From NCBI GenBank assembly GCA_013265495.1, contig MU063101.1:6562164-6626163 (forward strand): a stretch of DNA of 64,000 bases, given 5' to 3'. Below the pieces are notes generated by a model. The model was not told the DNA's origin and did no database searches. It saw only the letters and a program-made list of their open reading frames with translations. The stretch comes from Vicugna vicugna. Lineage: Eukaryota. This document shows positions 12,391 through 25,499 of this stretch, one piece after another; the stretch's first letter is position 1; each line of letters opens with the position of its first letter. A program made the position numbers and the translations under genes.

Positions 12391-13654
12391 ATTGGGCACA
12401 GCACCAGATAGTGTCCTATCTGTGGTATTATTTTGGAATCTCTCAAGAAAGGATGACAGACCATGGGCTAAGTGACCTCACTAAGGCCAGGGCACAGAAA
12501 CCAGAGATTAGGGGCAGGAAGAGAAAGTGAAGCCAAAGCCAGAAAGAGAAGGTATTTCCAGAAGGGCCCTGAGGCACTCAGTGCAACCAAAACAAGAGAG
12601 ATGTCACAGTGGCTGGTTTTACATCACTGTGCTTGGGAAGGAAGGATTCTCTAAGGTAAATGTAACCCCAGTGAAGCCCAGTTCAGCTGCTATAACTGGA
12701 GTCCAGTAATTCTTTAACAAAAGCATGTACCTCTCTTATTTTACCTGCTACCTGTGACCCTATTTCATGGGAAAGCCTGTAGCCCAAATCTGTGATGTCT
12801 GATTGTTAATGGTTTAATTTTAGACTCTCAAGCTATTGCTACATTTTTAATGAACTGCCCAGACACTAGTACCTACCTGGGCTGTGTAAGATCATCTTAG
12901 ATCTGAGTGGTTGGAGGAGCAGTTTAATCCCTTGTCTTTTGACAGTCAGTGAGGAGTTGTTCAGGAGGGGGCCAAGGTTAACCATGGCATGTTCTAGCCC
13001 GTGGAACGTGATGAGGAATCGACTCACAGAATTATGTCTGGATGGAACCGTGCCTTTTCCCCACCAAAGCGGCTGACGGCGATGAACATGAAGACAGCAG
13101 TGTTTGCTCTTATTTACTTATTGAGTGAGTGAGTGAGCGAGTGAGTTATTCATTTATTTTACCTTGAATATATGGGTCCAAAAGTTTACATGGAAAAGCT
13201 CTGTGCTTCATTCTGTATGCATCTTGGATAGATACCTTCACCTGCTGTGTAAATGGGACTCATCAACCTCATTTACAAATTTGAAGCCTGGAAATTATTT
13301 ATCCGTTTGTTTGTTTGTTTGTTTGTTTATGATTTAAGAATTTGTAGCTTCCATAATTGTAGAATTCTGACATCAATTAAGAACTCGATAAAGTCAGGCT
13401 GGGAAGTAAGTACATCATGGAGGTTGTGGGAATTTATTTTCAGTTGCAGTTTGAGGGCTAAAGACTTGACTGGCTTTGGCAGCAGCATCTTGAAATGTGG
13501 AAACTCACGCTCTAAGCAACTGTAGGATTTACATACCTGTGACCCGGGCAGTGGGTCTCATGGGCAAAGCAGGAGACACACACGTAAAGGAAGGGAGAGT
13601 TGTGGGGGCCCACAGACTAGAGGCCTGAGTCAGGCTTCCCTGCCCGCTGCCTGG

Positions 13655-14225
13655 GGTTATTTCATCAACGCAAATCTGATCACATCAGTCCTCTGCTTCC
13701 TCATCAGCCTATCTGGCCCCGGGGATAAATTTTGAAGTCTTTATATATGCCTGAAAAGGTCTTTTACAGTCTAGCCTGGTCTCTACAGCTTTCCTCCAAG
13801 TCTGATTGCTTTTCATTTTTAGGTGTCTTGACCTGCTGTAATGTCGCTTCCTCCAAGGGCCTTCCCTGGTCCCTGTTCCAAAAGAAGGTCTCACCTGCTA
13901 GTCTTCACTCCTAGCACCCCTTCTCTTCCTCCCTGGCCTTCTTCTTAATTTGTAATTAAGTGTTTACTTCCTTGTTTAGGTGTTTGAAGTCTGGCTCCCT
14001 GATGAGACTGTAAGCTCCCTGAAGGCAGGAACATAGTCTGTTTCCTTTCTGTTTCCCTCCTTCCCTCTCTCTCTTCCTCCCTCCTTCTATTCCTTCCTCC
14101 CTCCTTTCTTTCCTTCCTCCCTTCTTTCTTTCCTTCCTCCCCTCTGGTGTGTTCACGGCTCCATCCTCAGCACCCAACACAGTGTTCGCATATGGTTGGT
14201 TTTCAGTAAGTGTCTTTTGAATCAA
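13655..14225 (+). mobile_element. L2 (L2a-type) 3' end interrupted by a TTCC microsatellite
   Basis: aaatctgatcacatc...gactgtaagctccctgaaggcagg...cacccaacacagtg. Confidence 0.8.
14041..14145 (+). repeat. (TTCC/CTCC)n pyrimidine-rich repeat
   Basis: Seen directly. Confidence 0.85.
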
Positions 14226-14419
14226 CACAGGAGTGGCCTGAGTTACTGCTTTCACACCACTCCCTGAACTGAACTCTGCCCCCACCCCTAGTACCAAACC
14301 ACGTGTGGTTTCTTGACCTGGCCGAGCTCTCCCTCCCATTCATGCCGGCTGCTCCCCGGTCTGGATCATGGCCTTGGCTGCCCCATGTCTAGCACCAATC
14401 AACAGGGATAACTCCTTTG

Positions 14420-14620
14420 AAATTTCTGGACCTGCTGAGATTTCTCTTCTTCGCGGACACCTCTCTGACCATCCCCTGGCTGATTAAGTGATTTTTCCTC
14501 CAAGTTCCTCATGGAGACCTGCCTGACTCCCCATCACAGCACTGAACTTTGAACTTTGTCTTATTTATCTGTGTTTGTCTTCATCTCACTTCTGAGCTCC
14601 TCAACGCAGGGCCCTGGCTT
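14420..14620 (+). mobile_element. L2 fragment
   Basis: ctctctgaccatcccc...ctgagctcctcaacgcagggcc. Confidence 0.5.
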
Positions 14621-14669
14621 CCATGCAGGGAGGCTGAGAACACTGCCCTGGAGGTGGATGCCTTGGCCC

Positions 14670-14830
14670 AATTCCCGGTGTCACACTTGCAACCTCTGCT
14701 CCTGCTCCCTCAGCTATAAAATGGGCTCATAATAGTATCAAGTCCATAGAGATGTTGTGAGGATTAAATGAGTAAATGTATGCAACGTATTTAGAACAGT
14801 GCTGAGCACCACGTGCGTGCTGTGGCAATG
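14670..14830 (+). mobile_element. MIR SINE
   Basis: gttgtgaggattaaatgagtaaatgtatgcaacgtatttagaacagtgct. Confidence 0.8.
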
Positions 14831-15789
14831 CCAGTCATTCCTCATCATTGTATCGTCAGAGTCAGGCTGTCATAAATGGTCATTGAATGAACCACGCAAA
14901 TCCAGACAGCCCAATCCATCCCCCCTTCCCAGCATGACCAAATTCTGTCACTTAGACAACCTGGGAGAGTTCAAGATGATAAGTGAACTTGAATCTTTAA
15001 CACTCCCTTTCCTCAGGTGCCCACTTTACAAGAAATGCTGACTAAACTTCCTGGAGAGGATTCTTTATTTCTATGGGTCCACTTAACAAACATGAGAAGA
15101 CTTGGCAGTATTTAAAAGTTAATTTACACTTCTTAACTGGAAATCAGTGCTTGGTGTTCTCAGTAGAGGGAAACTGGTCTCATAATCAAGTTGCTTAACT
15201 TAAATGCAAAAAAAAAAAAAACCCTCCCCCCACTTTTTTGTCATTTAAAAAATTCCTGAGGAAAAAAAAAAACAGAGAAAGATATGACAGAAACTGAAAA
15301 GGCTAAATTTCAGGCTTGTTTACCTTGGTTGATCATCATCATTGTAAACATGTAATTTTAAAGACATAATTTTGGCTCCTAATCCAGTTTCAAGAATCAG
15401 GATAGAAATAGTTCCAAAAAACAAACTAAAGGGAGCAATCGGAGGAAGGAGCAACTTGGGAGAAACACTTGTTTTTATTTTTAGTGGTTACAATAAAAAT
15501 ATAAAATTTATCATCAACTGCTCAGAAGCCAATATTAATATTATGGTTAATTATGTATTTTGACCCCTGGGGGATTATACCTTTTATACCCACTGCTACT
15601 CAGAATCTCAAGGTTCCATTTGTTAAGTACCTCTTGGAATGGTGGATCTAGGAAGCTCAAACACAGTGGCCGAGTGTCCCTCTGTTACTGTACATGTATG
15701 TGCTCTGGGACATTTAGCTGAGTTATGGATGATATTAAGGGGAACCTGGAATGACCCGACATTGGGATCTAACCACACATTTAATATTT

Positions 15790-15945
15790 ATCAGTCATGT
15801 GACACTGGAAAGTCCCCTAACTCCTTTGAGTTTCAGTTTTCTCATCTGTACAGTGGTAATGACACCCTGGCCTTGTTGAAGTGTCATAAAGGGGTACATG
15901 AAATTAAAAATATGTATCGTGCCCAACACAGTACTGACAGAGGAT
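15790..15945 (+). mobile_element. MIR SINE
   Basis: gagtttcagttttctcatctgtacagtgg...gtgcccaacacagta. Confidence 0.7.
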
Positions 15946-16850
15946 TCTCTGTCATGGATTGTTTATTTTTCACTGAAGCACCCAATGAGTTGCTGTCACC
16001 TCTGTGTATTTTTTCCCCATCTTTCCTAATCTCACACATTCTAGACAGAAGTATTTTTGTTACTGATATAAAGTCCAATTTGCATCTTCCTTGAGCCAAC
16101 CATTTGGATCCTCTGTTTGGGCCATTGTACCATCTAACCTCCAAGGCAACCATCACACTGCACCCATGTGACTTGACTTCCTTTGTTTAAGGCATGCCTG
16201 AGAATGAGAGCAACCAACTTATGGTAAAGGTAATAGCTTTGCCTCAAGATCTTATCACATCCCCTGGGAAGGGCTTGGAGTCTGTCAGTGCTATTGATTT
16301 TGCTCTCATGAAATATGTTTTACAGTCATCGCAGTGGAGAACCAATCTGTGCATTTACTGTGGCCATAAAGAAATAAAGAGTTAAAGCTGTAGATACTTA
16401 ATATGCTCCAATTTAACAAGCGCGATAACTTCAAAAACCTGCAAAGTACCACTCTTCATGGCTAATGCCTCCCCAGTTACTATTAAGGAAAATTAGTATC
16501 CATTTAACTGTCACCAAAATTGGGTAAAATATACAGCTGGAAAATTATTGTACAGATCGAAGAATTGGGCCTAGAAAGGGTATTAGGCTGTTACATTTTG
16601 ACACATGACTAAATTGTTATGTTTGATTCTTAGCTCCAGGATACTATTCAAATACAGATAAAAGACATTCTTCAATTCATTAGTTTAAGTAGATAACAGA
16701 CTGCTTTGTGGATCAGAATGTAAGAAAATTATATATTCTGAAGATTAATTTTAATTGAAATGCTTGGGAAAAATAACTGATCCTGCAGAAAATCTAGATA
16801 ACTAAAAGCAGCTTCTTTTTGTCTTGTGGAAAGTCAAAATTTCATATTGT

Positions 16851-17530
16851 ACAGTAGTATGGTCCAATAAACAAGTAATGTGAGCCACATATGTAATTTT
16901 AAGTTTCCTTAAAGTTACATTAGAGAAAGAAACAGGTGAAATTTTAATAATATGTATTATTTTAGTATTTTATTATATATTATTTATGTATTTAACATAT
17001 ATTTAACCATATATATATATATACCCCAATGTATATGTTGTATATTTTGTATATATACACATACCTAATATATACATATTAGGTTAAATTTCATACATAT
17101 AGGTATTTTCTATCTATATAGATGCATCTCTGTATACAGATACTCTTCATATCTATGTAGATTTCTATATATGTATATATATTATATATATGGCTATCTA
17201 TATATTTATATAGTATCTGATATATATATATATATAATTTTTTTAATTGGAGTACCATCAGTTAGTGTGTCAGTTTCTGGTGTACAGCACAATGTCCCAG
17301 TCATGCATTATCCAACATATATAAAACCCAATACATATTATGATCATTTCTCTAAGATATTATGTCAGCAGATAATCACTAAATGTTACTAAATTTTTTC
17401 ATTCGTTTTATACTAAATGTTTGAAATTCAGTATGTACTTTACACTGACAGCACATCTCAGTGTAGACTGGCTAGATTTTATGTGCTTAATAGCCACAAG
17501 TGGCAGTTGGCTACCAGTTAGACGGGCTGC
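16851..17530 (+). mobile_element. MER33-like hAT-Charlie element, split by a (TA)-rich expansion and an L1 tail
   Basis: 5' gtccaataaac...gagccacatatgtaatttt...aaacaggtgaaatt; 3' acagcacatctca...aatagccacaagtggc...ggctacc. Confidence 0.8.
17237..17308 (-). mobile_element. Very short young L1 3' tail nested in MER33
   Basis: tttttttaattggagtacc...gtttctggtgtacagcacaatgtcccagtcatgcat resembles the young cetartiodactyl L1 3' terminus. Confidence 0.65.
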
Positions 17531-17589
17531 CATTGGAACTGTGCTGGCATATTTGTACATTTTGAAAGAGAAATGGGAAGCGTGATTCA

Positions 17590-17790
17590 CTGCATGCCTA
17601 CCACACGTGAGGACACTTCCTTAGAAACTCTCACACATACGTCTGTTTCTCTGATCCTCATAGCTACCCTGTGCCATTGGTGTTTCTGGTTTCTACTTTG
17701 CTGATGCAGAAGTAGCCCAGGCTCAGAGAGGCTGAGAAATGTCGCCAGTGTCATCATCCTTCAGCAAGTGGGAACTGGGCCTGGGCATTC
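17590..17790 (-). mobile_element. MIR SINE
   Basis: gatcctcatagctaccctgtg...caggctcagagaggctgag. Confidence 0.6.
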
Positions 17791-17867
17791 TGATTTTATG
17801 CAGTTACTGCTATTTTAGTAATACTTTTACGACAGAGCTAGTGCTTTTCTATTCTACTGTAAAGACT

Positions 17868-18035
17868 ATGAAATGACATAGGAAAATTAAAACATGGCTA
17901 GAAAATAGAAAATGAATGCCGAGCTGAGCAAAAACTCCTAAAGAAATTTCAGGTAGTTTCACAGGTCCTGTGTTGTCACGACACTTTTAAAACCTTTTCT
18001 TCTGATTAGAATCTTTAAAGAAAGAACCTCTTGAG
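17868..18035 (+). repeat. Diverged direct repeat, copy 1 (~170 bp)
   Basis: Shares atgaaatgacataggaaaatt (21/21) and tgttgtca(c/t)gacactttt with 18618-18783. Confidence 0.8.
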
Positions 18036-18189
18036 AACAGCACAAAGTTTCTAAATATGTGTCCCCTAGGCCCTAAGTTCCTTTATTTCAGACCTATCTC
18101 ATTCATCTTCATAGTCCTAGAGTCTAGGGAAAATGCCTGACATTTATATTTTTTTAATTATAATTTAAAATTTTATTTTCATATGCATT

Positions 18190-18360
18190 TTGTGGATTTG
18201 ATCCTCACAACAATGTGTTGAAGCAGATGGTGGTGTTCCTGTTTTATGAGTCAGGAAACTGAGACACAAAGAAGTCAAGACGTTGGTTTTCAGGTCAAAA
18301 AGCTGGTCAAGTGGTACCTAAGCATTCCAATTCACAGCAGTTCCCTAGATCCAGTGTTCT
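18190..18360 (-). mobile_element. MIR SINE
   Basis: gatcctcacaacaat...ggaaactgagacacaaag. Confidence 0.7.
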
Positions 18361-18617
18361 ATATGGCATCATCAGAAAGAAATGTTCACCTAGTATCTTT
18401 GATAGGATAAGATAGTGGGACAGAATGTGTATTTTTCTAGGCTCTCTGGTATACTTCTAACCTTATATCTTTTATTATTACCAGAAATTGAATATTAGTG
18501 AATCCTAAGCATAAATATTGGGGTGGTAACCTCTTTTTTAAACTCCCCTCTAATCTGGCACATGGAGATACAAGTCACCACAGGCTTTGCCAGTTGGCAT
18601 GGATTCTTTTATTAGAG

Positions 18618-18783
18618 ATGAAATGACATAGGAAAATTTCAAACTAATCAGAAATTTTAAAAATCATATAAAACTGAGTGAGAATCCTGAGAAAATTTTT
18701 GTTGTCATGACACTTTTTAAAAACTTTCCTCATGAGTGAAATTGAATGGTCTCCACCCAGACTTTTAAGGAAGAAGCCTGAGC
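18618..18783 (+). repeat. Diverged direct repeat, copy 2
   Basis: See copy 1; starts exactly 750 bp downstream. Confidence 0.8.
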
Positions 18784-20637
18784 ATCTGGAGAAAATAAAG
18801 CAAAGAAGAACATTAAGGCCACAGCCAACCATCCTCTAATCCGCCCACGTTCGATGGATGCACGTTGGTTTCTGTGGGCTGGGCTTGCTTTGTGATAAAT
18901 TTCAGGGTGGCAACTCCTCTTGGGCCATATTTTGATGCTGTCTGACCCTCAACTCAATTGCTTGTTAAGACAAAGCCAAGTCTCGTCTCAAGGTCTCACA
19001 CAGACAGGAAGCACTTACAAGCTGTGGCCAGGGTCCAGTCTCATCAGAGCTTATTTTGTCTTTTTCTGCTCCTGTTAACAAAAGTAGAAACTCTCAGGTC
19101 CATACCCCGTAGGGGTGCTTTGGGGAAAAAACAATAATAATCAAATAATAATAACAAGAGTGCCTAAATCCTACTGGGATCCACAACAGGGGCTGATATT
19201 TTTATTTGCTAAACTGTTTCTTTCTTACTACGGCAAAAAGTAGCAGTAATCAAAAGCAAATATTGTGTGTATGTGGTCATCAAAATATGATTTTTTAATG
19301 AAAAATAGACTTTATTAATCCTTGGTCTTCTTTATCATACAAAGAAAGATAAGTTATCCAAACAGTCCTTGAAATAATTTCACCTATACCATTTCAGAAT
19401 TTGACCTATCAGTAGACTGACACATAAGCAGAGAAATTTCAAACACTGACAAAGATGGCATCTTAATGCTCTTGGCAATTCCCGATCTCCAAAGACTGGT
19501 GGACACAGCCAATTGGAGAGGACTTGAAGTGGAGAAAGAGCTTCCCTAGGACAGAGGAACAGAAGTACTCAAGGGCTACTTAGGGCCAATAGGACTCAAA
19601 AAATGTGAAACTGCCTTCAAAGCAATCTTTCCAAAATACCCTCCTTGATTGAGAGGCTGCCTTCAGTTGGACTGAGCGAATTGCTCTAACTCCTTTGACC
19701 CCATTGATTTCCCACCAACCTTCTTACAATTCAGAAGGGGAAATTGTGGAATCTTCCTCGCTGTTCTTTGTCTCTTCACCAATGAGAGAAAATTGGACTT
19801 AAGATCCAAGAGGGGGCTTTGCCTTCCCTTGATGTCGACCCAGTTTCTCCTGCCTCCCAGCTATTTATGGAAATCAGATGCTTCCTTCCATATCCCATCT
19901 TTCTGCAGCAAATCCTTTTGACAAAAAAGTGTGTATTGTCAACCATCCCCTTCATCACGTCAGGCAAATTGGGCTTCTGTTGACAACTTTTTACAACTCC
20001 TTTCCTTTGAAGTTAAAAAAGCTAAAAACAATGGTAGTTCTCCAAGAGACCTAAGGAATGGTCTGAATAACTAAAACTAGGCTTTTCCTGAAGACCACTG
20101 TATGCTACTATTTTTAGCTGCTGCTGTGAAATACAAGACAGCAAATCAGGATGCATTATCTTCTTCCTTTCATTGTCCATTCTCACAAACTCCACTTCAC
20201 ACAGATAATTGAGACGGGACTGCTTTTTTATTCCAAGTCTTTTATTCAATTTGGACTTTGTTAGCAAAGCCCAATCCCTAAGAGCATGACCATCAGTCTT
20301 ATTTGCCTGGTTTTCCCGTGATTTCCTCTTTCACTCAAGCCTTTGGGTAATATTTTCCCTAAAGAGGAAAAAAAGACCCAGGAACTGAATCAAAGAAAAA
20401 TAAATGCCAAAAAACCCCAAAAGTCACCTTCTATTTATTTTTCAAGTTTTACATAAATCTTACAGTTTTAGTGTTGGTTTATTAGGTAAAGTAAAATTAT
20501 CTGCTCCATAGGGAAGAGACTGTGACTGAATTGTTCATTGCTGTACATCTAGCACTGACTATAATACCAGGCACTGAATAAATACGTATTGAATGACTAA
20601 ACAAATGCCAGAGATGGAATGAATATTAATGTTAATA

Positions 20638-20858
20638 ATGCTGATCATAGCCAACATTTATTTAGCTCAAAGTCTGTGCCAGGCACCTCTCTAAGAGCAT
20701 TTCTTACGTTAAGTCATTTAATCATTACAGCAACTCTATGAAATAGGTACTATTATCTTCATTTTACAGATGAATAGAGTGAGACGTGGAAAAGATATGT
20801 GACTTGCCCGTGGTTATACGACTGGGATATTTCAGAGCCATGCTTTGTACTCAGACTG
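20638..20858 (-). mobile_element. MIR SINE (preceded by an L2 tail at ~20530-20608)
   Basis: tgtgccaggcac...caactctatgaaataggtactattatcttcattttacagatg. Confidence 0.85.
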
Positions 20859-21479
20859 TTCAAAAAGCATTCAACAAAACATTTTATCCTTGTTTGTCAT
20901 AGTAGAGACATAGGAGCTGGATGTTATTACTGAATATTAGTAAAGTAGATTCAGATTGGTTGAACAGCTGCATCCAAAAGATCTGAAAAATAATCTCTGT
21001 GAGCCTAAAGAAAGGGCTCTTGCATGCAGTCAGTGGCCCTAACTGAGCTCATTCCCAATCATGGAAATGAAGATATAAAGACATGACTTGTAATTTGTAA
21101 CTTTCACAGCTCTGGGATCCTAACTGAGTGATTCCAAAAGAACTCAAATATCTACAGGGATGCACTGAAATTAATAAGGTGTTATCCGTAGGTATAGATG
21201 TGAAGCCCCAACTACAGGCCAAAAAATTCTGGAAAACAGGATGGGGCGATGAGAGAAGGACTCGGTTGATGAGGCTTTCACCCTCATGGAACCTCAGCAG
21301 CTCCCTCTACAGACTCCTGCATTACTGCTACTCTGTAATTATTCATGCTTAATTTATTGTTCATCACCTTTAGCGCCGCTCCAAGACTTTTCCATTTACC
21401 TTAGGCAATAGGCCCTACGCTACTGCCTGCAATTTTCTGCAGCTGGCCCTCTATTTCTCTTGGATGAAAAGTTTACACT

Positions 21480-21956
21480 GTCCAACTTGAGCTTTTGTGA
21501 TTCCCTCTTCCATCTCTGCCCACCTTCAATCTTACCCTCCCCTCTCAGAGGAAGACCACCTCTTCTGCCTCTTTTGGACCCTTCACTTGTGCCCTTGAGC
21601 CCACTCCTTTCTGCTTCTGTTTCATCATGTGCTCCCCTTCTCTGTCTTACACCTTCAGCTCTTTCCTCCTCCTGAATCCTCCCCTCTGCCTTCAAACATG
21701 CTCACACCTCCCCAGATTAAAACAAATTTCCATGGAGCCATTTCACCTTCTCCTCAGTGCCCTTCTCTTCAACAGTCTCCCTGAAAGCGTTGTCTTCACT
21801 CAACGTCTGTACTCCATCACAAAGTGATACTTAACACTCCAAAATGTGGCTCCTGCCCTCAACATTTTGCTGAAATTGCTGCCTTTTGAAGGTCATGGAA
21901 AGAGCTGATAACTGTAAACTTTGTCTTAGTCCTGAGCCCACACTTGAATCCTCTGA
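21480..21956 (+). mobile_element. L2 body, 5' part (interrupted by L1)
   Basis: C/T-rich L2 ORF2-like sequence ending ...cctctgaagcatttggca. Confidence 0.6.
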
Positions 21957-21971
21957 AGCATTTGGCAACTT

Positions 21972-22660
21972 ATTTTTAAATTTTTATTTTATTGAGGTGA
22001 AATCCACATAACATAAAATTAACCATCTTAAATTGAACATATCGGTGGCATTTAACCTACTCATGATGTTATACAAACACCACCTCTAGTTCCAAAGTAT
22101 TTTTACCACTCCCCCCAAACAAACTCATACCTACTGAGCACTTGATCCCTCTAGTCCCTGGCAAACACCAATCCACATTCTGTTTNNNNNNNNNNNNNNN
22201 NNNNNNNNNNNNNNNNNNNNNNNNNNNNNNNNNNNNNNNNNNNNNNNNNNNNNNNNNNNNNNNNNNNNNNNNNNNNNNNNNNNNNNNNNNNNNNNNNNNN
22301 NNNNNNNNNNNNNNNNNNNATTTTATGGTTGATTAATATTACTTTATAGATAATGGTATAGGTAGTGATATAGATAATGGTATAGCAATATCTATAGTGG
22401 TAAAGATAGACCACCATTGGTTTATCCATTCATCCATTAACAGCCATTTGGGCTGTTTCTACCTTTTGGCCATTGAGAATTGTGCTGCTACAGACATGCA
22501 TGTACACATGTTTGTTTAAGTACTAGTTTTCAATCTTTTTGTATTTATACTTAGAAATAGGAATGGGATTGCTAGGTCATATGGTAATTCTATGTTTAAC
22601 TTTCTGAGGAATCAGCAAACTGTTTTCCACAGGAACTGAACCATTTTACATTCCCACCAG
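21972..22660 (-). mobile_element. L1 3' fragment (L1MB-like) inserted into L2, with a degenerate 15-bp TSD
   Basis: T-rich tail then ttattgaggtgaaatccacataacataaaattaacc; TSD agcatttggcaactt (21957-21971) / agcatttgacagttt (22661-22675). Confidence 0.85.
22186..22319. other. Assembly gap (134 N)
   Basis: Run of N inside the L1 fragment. Confidence 1.
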
Positions 22661-22675
22661 AGCATTTGACAGTTT

Positions 22676-23480
22676 TGAAATGTTCCTTGAAATGCTTTCT
22701 CCTCTGCTTTCAGAGATATTATACTATCCTTGTTCTCCCACTCTTTATATATATGGCAACCACTTACATTTTTCTTCTCTATTTCCTCTTCTACTCTTCC
22801 TGTCTTTGGAGGTATTCTTAAGATTTCTGTCTCGATTCTCCTCTGCTGGTTTCTACCATTCCCCACAATCTCATCCAACCTAGTGGTTTTAAATATCTCC
22901 TCTTTAGGATGTCTCCAAATTCACAGCTCCATTTCTGACCTCGGGTTCCTTGTGTCTGTCTGTCTATAGTATATTTCCACTTGTATGCCTTGCCTTTCAA
23001 GGTCAGTGTGTGGGTGTACAAACACTTACTCTTGTGAACCTCTAAACTTCATCATTTTGAATTCTCTCTTTCTTGCAGTGGCATCCTTATCTTCTCAGAC
23101 ACCCAAGCCTTACATTTGTCTTTGATGCCTCATTCATTACTCATCACTGAGAGGTCAGTGGCACTTCTCATTCTTTCTCTCTTCCATGAGGTTTTTACCT
23201 GTACACTCTTCTCCATTCCAGTGGCAACAGCTCATTAAGGCATCACATCCTGTTACATGACCTATGACAGGGCTTTGTGAAGGTATCTTTCTTAAGTCTG
23301 ACTTCTTTCCTTCCCTTGTGATCTAATCCACATGCCTGTTATTGCTGAATTGTCTTTCCCAAAGAACAGCCAGGACCATATCATGCGCTATTCAAAGGCC
23401 ACCAGGTGCTTCTCATGCCTACTGAGCAACATTCAGTTTGACCCCAACCTAGCTTTGTCATTTTCACCCTTCACTGCTCC
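22676..23480 (+). mobile_element. L2 body, continuation
   Basis: caatctcatccaacctagtggttttaaatatc...atatttccacttgtatg...cagacacccaagcc. Confidence 0.65.
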
Positions 23481-24929
23481 TCATCAATCATGTGATTCTC
23501 CCACTAAAGGAAACTCTTATCCTCCACAGTCACTTAAAATGATATGGTCTCTTCCACATTTATTTCTTGGAGTAGTAGAAATGGGTTGTAACAGATGTAC
23601 AGGAATGAAGACTAGATTAGGAGTTGTGATGTTAGCAGAACCATTGATTTATTCTTTAATAATATATACTTTAGCCAAACAAATGCTAATGCCAATAGGT
23701 TAACCAGTGCTATGGATTTCTTTTTTTTTTTTTCTTGGAGATTTGTAAGTAATCGTGATGAAAATAATGCTACAATGTTATAATGAAATATGACACATTT
23801 GCAAGTCTTACACATTATGTAATTTGCAATGTTTGAATGCAGGGAGCTCTACGATCTGGGTGGGTCTCATTCGGATGCTCAGGATCCTTTACAGATGTGC
23901 TAGGGTTGCCACTTAACATTAGATCTCTCAGCAAATCTCTGCTTGTTGACCACAACAGCCAGATATGAGCCTCATTCTACCTACCATCAAATGTAGCTCT
24001 AGGTGGAATTTACAGTACCGATCATATTACTTATCATCTCATTAAGAATGAGGTATTCAAATTCCTGAGGGAAACTAAGACCCAGAATTGGATTGTTTCC
24101 CTTCAGGGATACAGTTCTCTTTTCTAGGACTTCGCTCTTTGATTTATTTTGTCTATGGCTTCTTTGGTCAACCATTTAAATTTTTTGTTATTGTTGTTAA
24201 CTTTGTCCTTGTTGCTGCTAATGCAATCCTGTCATGTGGAAATGAGGAAAATTCAGATATTGTAAGAGGGAAAATGGTTAGATAAATTAGAAGCATGAAT
24301 AATTTATGGAGAAATAATTCAAGCAGCTAACTATATCATGCATTCTCTGCTTACTTCTTGAGTGATCCATGTGCCAAGTCCATACAAGCTAATGTTTATT
24401 TCTAAAAACCTTTACCAAAATGAGCAAGAAGTAGTAAATGCCTCATTATCCTTTCAGAGCGCCCAATGATACATTATTTTCTGTTATAAAACCTTGAGGT
24501 TTCTGAATGCATTGTTGTAAATCCAAACTGTCAACATTTCTTTGGCAAGAAAAAGAACAGCGTCCTATGGAAACAAGATGTAAGATTAACAATTCAGGCT
24601 CATATATTTTCATCTCTCCCTGAATTCTGCCACACATGGCAAAAAACTACAATCCATATTTTTTTTATAGAAAACATGCTATGAAGATCCATAAAACATT
24701 TAAGAACATTTAGAAAAGCAGAAATAGGAACTTTGAAAGTAAAACTTTCAATAAGAACAATGGAAAAGATAGACCATCAGCAATTATTAACAAAACGGAC
24801 ATTTTATAAAATAATATTTGGCAAAGTAAACAGGTTATCTACATTGGACCACAGTCTAAAGATATCCTGGTTTTTCTTTCCACATAAGACAACCTACTGA
24901 GAAAGGCCAAAAAATGAGGGATTTAATAG

Positions 24930-25185
24930 CTAAGTCACTGGAGTAAAACTTCCTGGGTTTAAATCCCAGCAATGGAATTCATCAGCCTTGTGATTTGTGA
25001 GAAATTTTTTTCCTTTTCTTTCTTTCTGTTTTTTTTTTTTTACCATTTTAAGACAATTTCTTTTTTCTGTGAAATCAGGATAAAAATAGTACCTCCTAGG
25101 TTTAATATGAGAGCTGAATGAGATAATACATGTGAAGTTCATGTAACAGTGCCTGGCACACAGTAAACATAAATACTGTTATGTA
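24930..25185 (+). mobile_element. MIR SINE with a T-rich insert
   Basis: cctgggtttaaatccc...tgagataatacatgtgaag...aacagtgcctggcacacagtaa. Confidence 0.8.
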
Positions 25186-25499
25186 GTAAAGAGAGAATGA
25201 CCATGTCCTAATATGGTACATAAAATGTGCAGGGTAGAGCATTCTGACTTTAACTGTAACTTACTACAGGCAATAAATGGATATTATAAGCTTAATATAG
25301 GGGCTCTGTATGTGTCATAAGGACCAGTTTTTCTTTCTCCACTTTTTTGGCTTTCGACATGTCCTTGTTTTTACACATTCTCTCTCCTTGTGTATGGAAG
25401 ACACACTCATATTAGGATAACACAAACACGATCTATTCACAAGGAGATGATTCACCAAAGTAAGGTGGAATATCGAAAAATAACACGAGGACCCAGGGA

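Noticed and set aside
13008-13076. Possible C/D-box snoRNA (GTGATGA ... CTGA)
   Set aside because: No convincing terminal stem, C'/D' boxes or rRNA-antisense element; such motif pairs occur by chance.
15639-16094. 151-aa ORF
   Set aside because: Runs through a MIR and has no similarity I recognise.
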